Below, in pieces: positions 61,203 through 64,000 of a DNA stretch of 64,000 bases. Below the pieces are notes generated by a model. The model was not told the DNA's origin, made no database searches, and saw only the letters and a list, made by a program, of their open reading frames with translations. Origin of the DNA: Aulosira sp. ZfuVER01 (GTDB taxonomy: Bacteria > Cyanobacteriota > Cyanobacteriia > Cyanobacteriales > Nostocaceae); NCBI GenBank assembly GCA_034530615.2, contig JAVRCV020000025.1, positions 128,001 through 192,000 of the forward strand, written 5' to 3'. Within the stretch, counting starts at the first letter, position 1. Each line of letters begins with the position of its first letter. Made by a program: the position numbers and the translations under genes.

Positions 61203-62570
61203 TCATGGGCTGTATTTCCTCGATAAAAGGCACCAATTATAAAATAAGTAGGAAAAAGATATTGCATATACACAACTAGTAGATAGTGCAATACCTGTAA
61301 TTCCCATCTTTTGCATAAAAATATAATTCAAGCTAATATTAGCTATTAAATTAATTGCCGATCCATACATTAATATATGATTAGCTTTGACAGCAGATAT
61401 AAGTCTGACAACCAAGATCCCAGCAACATAAAAAGGTATCTGTAAAGCGAAACAGGATTGAATTTGAGCTACTAAATGAGTATCGTTAGCTGTAAAAGAA
61501 CCTCTTTGGAAGAGTATCCTAACGATCAACTCAGAAAAGGCAAACAAAAATCCCCCCAGTACCACAGTGACAACAAAAATGATCCGCAGATAGTGGTTTA
61601 GCGTCCGACGTATCCCAGCCCAATCGTCAGAGGCAACCATCTTGGAAAAATAGGGAATCACAGCAGTACTTAATGCTGTTGTGGATAGACTAATTGGCAA
61701 TGCAATCACCTTGTTACCATAGTTTAGTGCTGCCACACTCCCAGAAGGCAACATTGCTGCCATTGCTTGATCCACGAGACTAGTACTACTCATCAACAAT
61801 GCTCCGGCGATCATTGGTAGATACTGCTTAGTTACCTGACGCAGATGAGAGTCAAAACCATACCACCTTGGTAGCAATGAAATACCTTGTCGATGTAGTG
61901 CTATTCCCAAAAAAGTTAATTCCAGTGCTGCACCGCAAATTAGCCCTGCTACTAACGCATAGATGCCCCAAGACTTAACAACTATCAATAGTAGTAAGAT
62001 GGTCACAATTGGAGTAATAATTGGCGACACAGCTGCTATAGCAAAACGCTCTCCTGCATTCAAAACAGCACTCCAGATGACAACAAATCCAGTCAGCATC
62101 ACCAGAGGTGCGATCGCACACAGAAGATGAAAAGTCAGATCTAATTTTTCTGGACTGAACCCCCTAGCCATCAGTGGTAGATACCAAGGTGCACTAGCTA
62201 CAGTCAGTATGGTTGTGATTCCTAGCAGTCCCAAGCTCCAAACAGTAGTTCCGGAGAACAGCTTTTGAGCAGCTTTCTTACCTTCTCGCTCTCGCACCTG
62301 AATATAGGTAGGTATGAGGGCAGCATTAAAAGAACCAGCCACCACACTGATGATAGAAGAAGGAATCAGAAAGGCAATGAAAAACGCATCTAGATCGTCT
62401 CCAGTGCCAAATTTCTGGGCAACTACTAATTCTTTAGCAACAGCCACTATTTTCACTAATATTGTGAATAAACCAACTGTTACCGCAGCACGAAAAATTT
62501 GGCGATTAACAGAGCCGATTGTCAGCCTTTTCCAATAATTCACTAATTTTTGTGATTGCCAAATCTTCAT
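61203..62570 (-). CDS. MurJ/MviN-like (MOP family) flippase, probable Wzx of the cluster
   Basis: FGTGDDLDAFFIAF, ALIP, VDQAMA..L..GSVAALNYG, LFQRGSF; about 12 TM segments. Confidence 0.87.
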   Translation of the reverse strand: MKIWQSQKLVNYWKRLTIGSVNRQIFRAAVTVGLFTILVKIVAVAKELVVAQKFGTGDDLDAFFIAFLIPSSIISVVAGSFNAALIPTYIQVREREGKKAAQKLFSGTTVWSLGLLGITTILTVASAPWYLPLMARGFSPEKLDLTFHLLCAIAPLVMLTGFVVIWSAVLNAGERFAIAAVSPIITPIVTILLLLIVVKSWGIYALVAGLICGAALELTFLGIALHRQGISLLPRWYGFDSHLRQVTKQYLPMIAGALLMSSTSLVDQAMAAMLPSGSVAALNYGNKVIALPISLSTTALSTAVIPYFSKMVASDDWAGIRRTLNHYLRIIFVVTVVLGGFLFAFSELIVRILFQRGSFTANDTHLVAQIQSCFALQIPFYVAGILVVRLISAVKANHILMYGSAINLIANISLNYIFMQKMGITGIALSTSCVYAISFSYLFYNWCLLSRKYSP

Positions 62571-62593
62571 ACTGCTTCCTTGGAAGTTAATTT

Positions 62594-63346
62594 CTACTTT
62601 CTTCTTAAGATTTTTATTAAAGATAAATATAGTTGTCCCTTCAGAGTTATAGGGCGAGCACAGTTATATCTTTTAACAACTTCTCCTCCGAACTTCTCTT
62701 TAAACTTATTAATTCCTAATTTTTGATTATCTGTATTTCCTGTATACCAACCTCCAAAATCATACTTAGAAATTCCTGCATTTTTGAATCGCAGAATATC
62801 TTGCCAGTGATGATAAAGATTTGCTCGTCCTAACATTGACTGATAAGAAGTATCGCTATCATTTTTAAGTGATGCTGAATGCAGAAGATAAGCGCATTCT
62901 TTATTACGATAATAAGTATGCCAAATTAGAGGATTACCATCGTTTGACTTGATCTGCGAAATGTCAATCAACCCAGAATCTGCACGACTTTTGAGTATAG
63001 TTCTATTAATCTTTTTTAGACCTTTTTGCACGGCAAATACATCATAAAAATCTGCAAATTCGTTGAGAATATTAGATTCGGGATTTTCCCAATATTCATA
63101 AATAACTCGATCTCTTTCACCTGCTCGCTTAATCTTATACTTGTCATTTTTACCAATATTGAGCCAGATTTCATCTTGAGTTTTTTGCAGATCTATCAAT
63201 CTTGTATGGCATTCTTCATAGGTAACGTTATTAATTGGATAAGTCCGTTGTTTGTATAAGAGTACATCTACATTTCCCATCTCTTGGGTTTCTGCGTCAA
63301 ACCAGACTTCTCCCATTAACAATAGTTTGTTTTTGAAAATATACAT
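62594..63346 (-). CDS. FemAB/GNAT-like acyltransferase
   Basis: IDL......IW....KN..YKIKRA, ANLYHHW..I..FK..G...YDFGG, GINKFKEKFGG. Confidence 0.7.
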   Translation of the reverse strand: MYIFKNKLLLMGEVWFDAETQEMGNVDVLLYKQRTYPINNVTYEECHTRLIDLQKTQDEIWLNIGKNDKYKIKRAGERDRVIYEYWENPESNILNEFADFYDVFAVQKGLKKINRTILKSRADSGLIDISQIKSNDGNPLIWHTYYRNKECAYLLHSASLKNDSDTSYQSMLGRANLYHHWQDILRFKNAGISKYDFGGWYTGNTDNQKLGINKFKEKFGGEVVKRYNCARPITLKGQLYLSLIKILRRK

Positions 63347-63391
63347 ATTGTTTATCTCATTTGTTGGAACATAATTAAACTGTATTTATGT

Positions 63392-64000
63392 CTACCATAT
63401 TTTCCATGTAGTATTACGACCATCTACACAGGCTATCCATTTTTTTGCGTCAATCTGGTGAGGGTCAATATGGTGCATCCCTACTTTATTCCAACCCGAA
63501 CCGCTGGCTTTGATGATTGGATTTTCTTTGACCTCTTTCTCTTCATAATGTGTCGTTGTTAGCTCAGTTATTTTAAATGCTCGAACTTGTTTACCATAGA
63601 CACGCTCACAATCTTGGGTATATCTAATAATTTGGTCATCGAATATGACAACTCTACCTGCTGGTCTTGCTATGGTTTTATTTCCCTTGATAACAGGACT
63701 TTTAGGATGCTCGATCCAGGGACCTGTAATCTCTTGGGAATAGTAGAGACGTAGAATGTTCCTATCCGCTGATGTTGCTGTAAACAACCACCACATATCG
63801 TTGTGTTGAAAAATAGAAGGATCTACAAAGTCATTTTTATCTAGTAAAGTTGCTACAAATGACCATTGTGTAGGAAAGCTAGTGGCTTTATATAAACGAA
63901 CAGAGCTTGCTTGAAAAGTCTCTGGAATCATGTAGTAGTCGTCTTGCCACTTAAATACATATGGGTAAGACAAATGGAAAGGTTCTTGAAGCACAATTTT
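63392..64000 (-). CDS. Five-bladed beta-propeller (GH43/32-like; GINT1 N-terminal-like) protein; 5' part lies outside the window
   Basis: EPFHLSYPYVF, YMIPE, VDPSI, GPW.EHP.SP, ARPAG, QDC...YG, HH.D, VDG; the frame is open to the window edge. Confidence 0.8.
   Translation of the reverse strand, partial: KIVLQEPFHLSYPYVFKWQDDYYMIPETFQASSVRLYKATSFPTQWSFVATLLDKNDFVDPSIFQHNDMWWLFTATSADRNILRLYYSQEITGPWIEHPKSPVIKGNKTIARPAGRVVIFDDQIIRYTQDCERVYGKQVRAFKITELTTTHYEEKEVKENPIIKASGSGWNKVGMHHIDPHQIDAKKWIACVDGRNTTWKIW

Noticed and set aside
1..64000. CRISPR array, tRNA or rRNA genes
   Set aside because: No regularly spaced repeat-spacer array or recognisable tRNA/rRNA was seen by eye; the repeats present are heptamer tracts, HIP1 and dispersed repeats.

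Overview
Chromosomal window from a heterocystous-type (Nostocales-like) cyanobacterium, judged by abundant HIP1 octamers (GCGATCGC), heptameric STRR-type repeats and small dispersed repeats. The left half (1-30 kb) is mixed housekeeping and signalling: hybrid histidine kinases, ndhP, a beta-CASP/MBL hydrolase, Nif3, YjbQ, a second-copy clpC, mnmG, a D,D-carboxypeptidase, a cysteine hydrolase-cupin pair and a TPR protein. It also has a decayed zone at about 23.4-27.5 kb with an orphan hicB, a broken coiled-coil reading frame, a recombination-site-like palindrome, an amber-interrupted gene and an IS982 scar. The right half (30.3-64 kb, all minus strand, continuing beyond the window) is a Wzx/Wzy-type exopolysaccharide cluster: Wzc, PglE/PglD/PglC/PglA-like enzymes, UDP-sugar dehydrogenase and epimerase, GT4s, a Wzy-like polymerase, a MurJ-like flippase and two asparagine-synthase-like proteins. 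Embedded in it is the most unusual element: a stand-alone NRPS-like protein (formyltransferase, truncated C domain, Gly-type A domain split by a luciferase-like monooxygenase, PCP, no thioesterase). Next to it lie two ATP-grasp ligases, a fold-III PLP decarboxylase, an extra acyltransferase and a Tat-exported DUF362 protein. Together these suggest carrier-protein-based synthesis of an unusual acyl/aminoacyl decoration for the polysaccharide. All product calls come from motif recognition only; no database searches were run.
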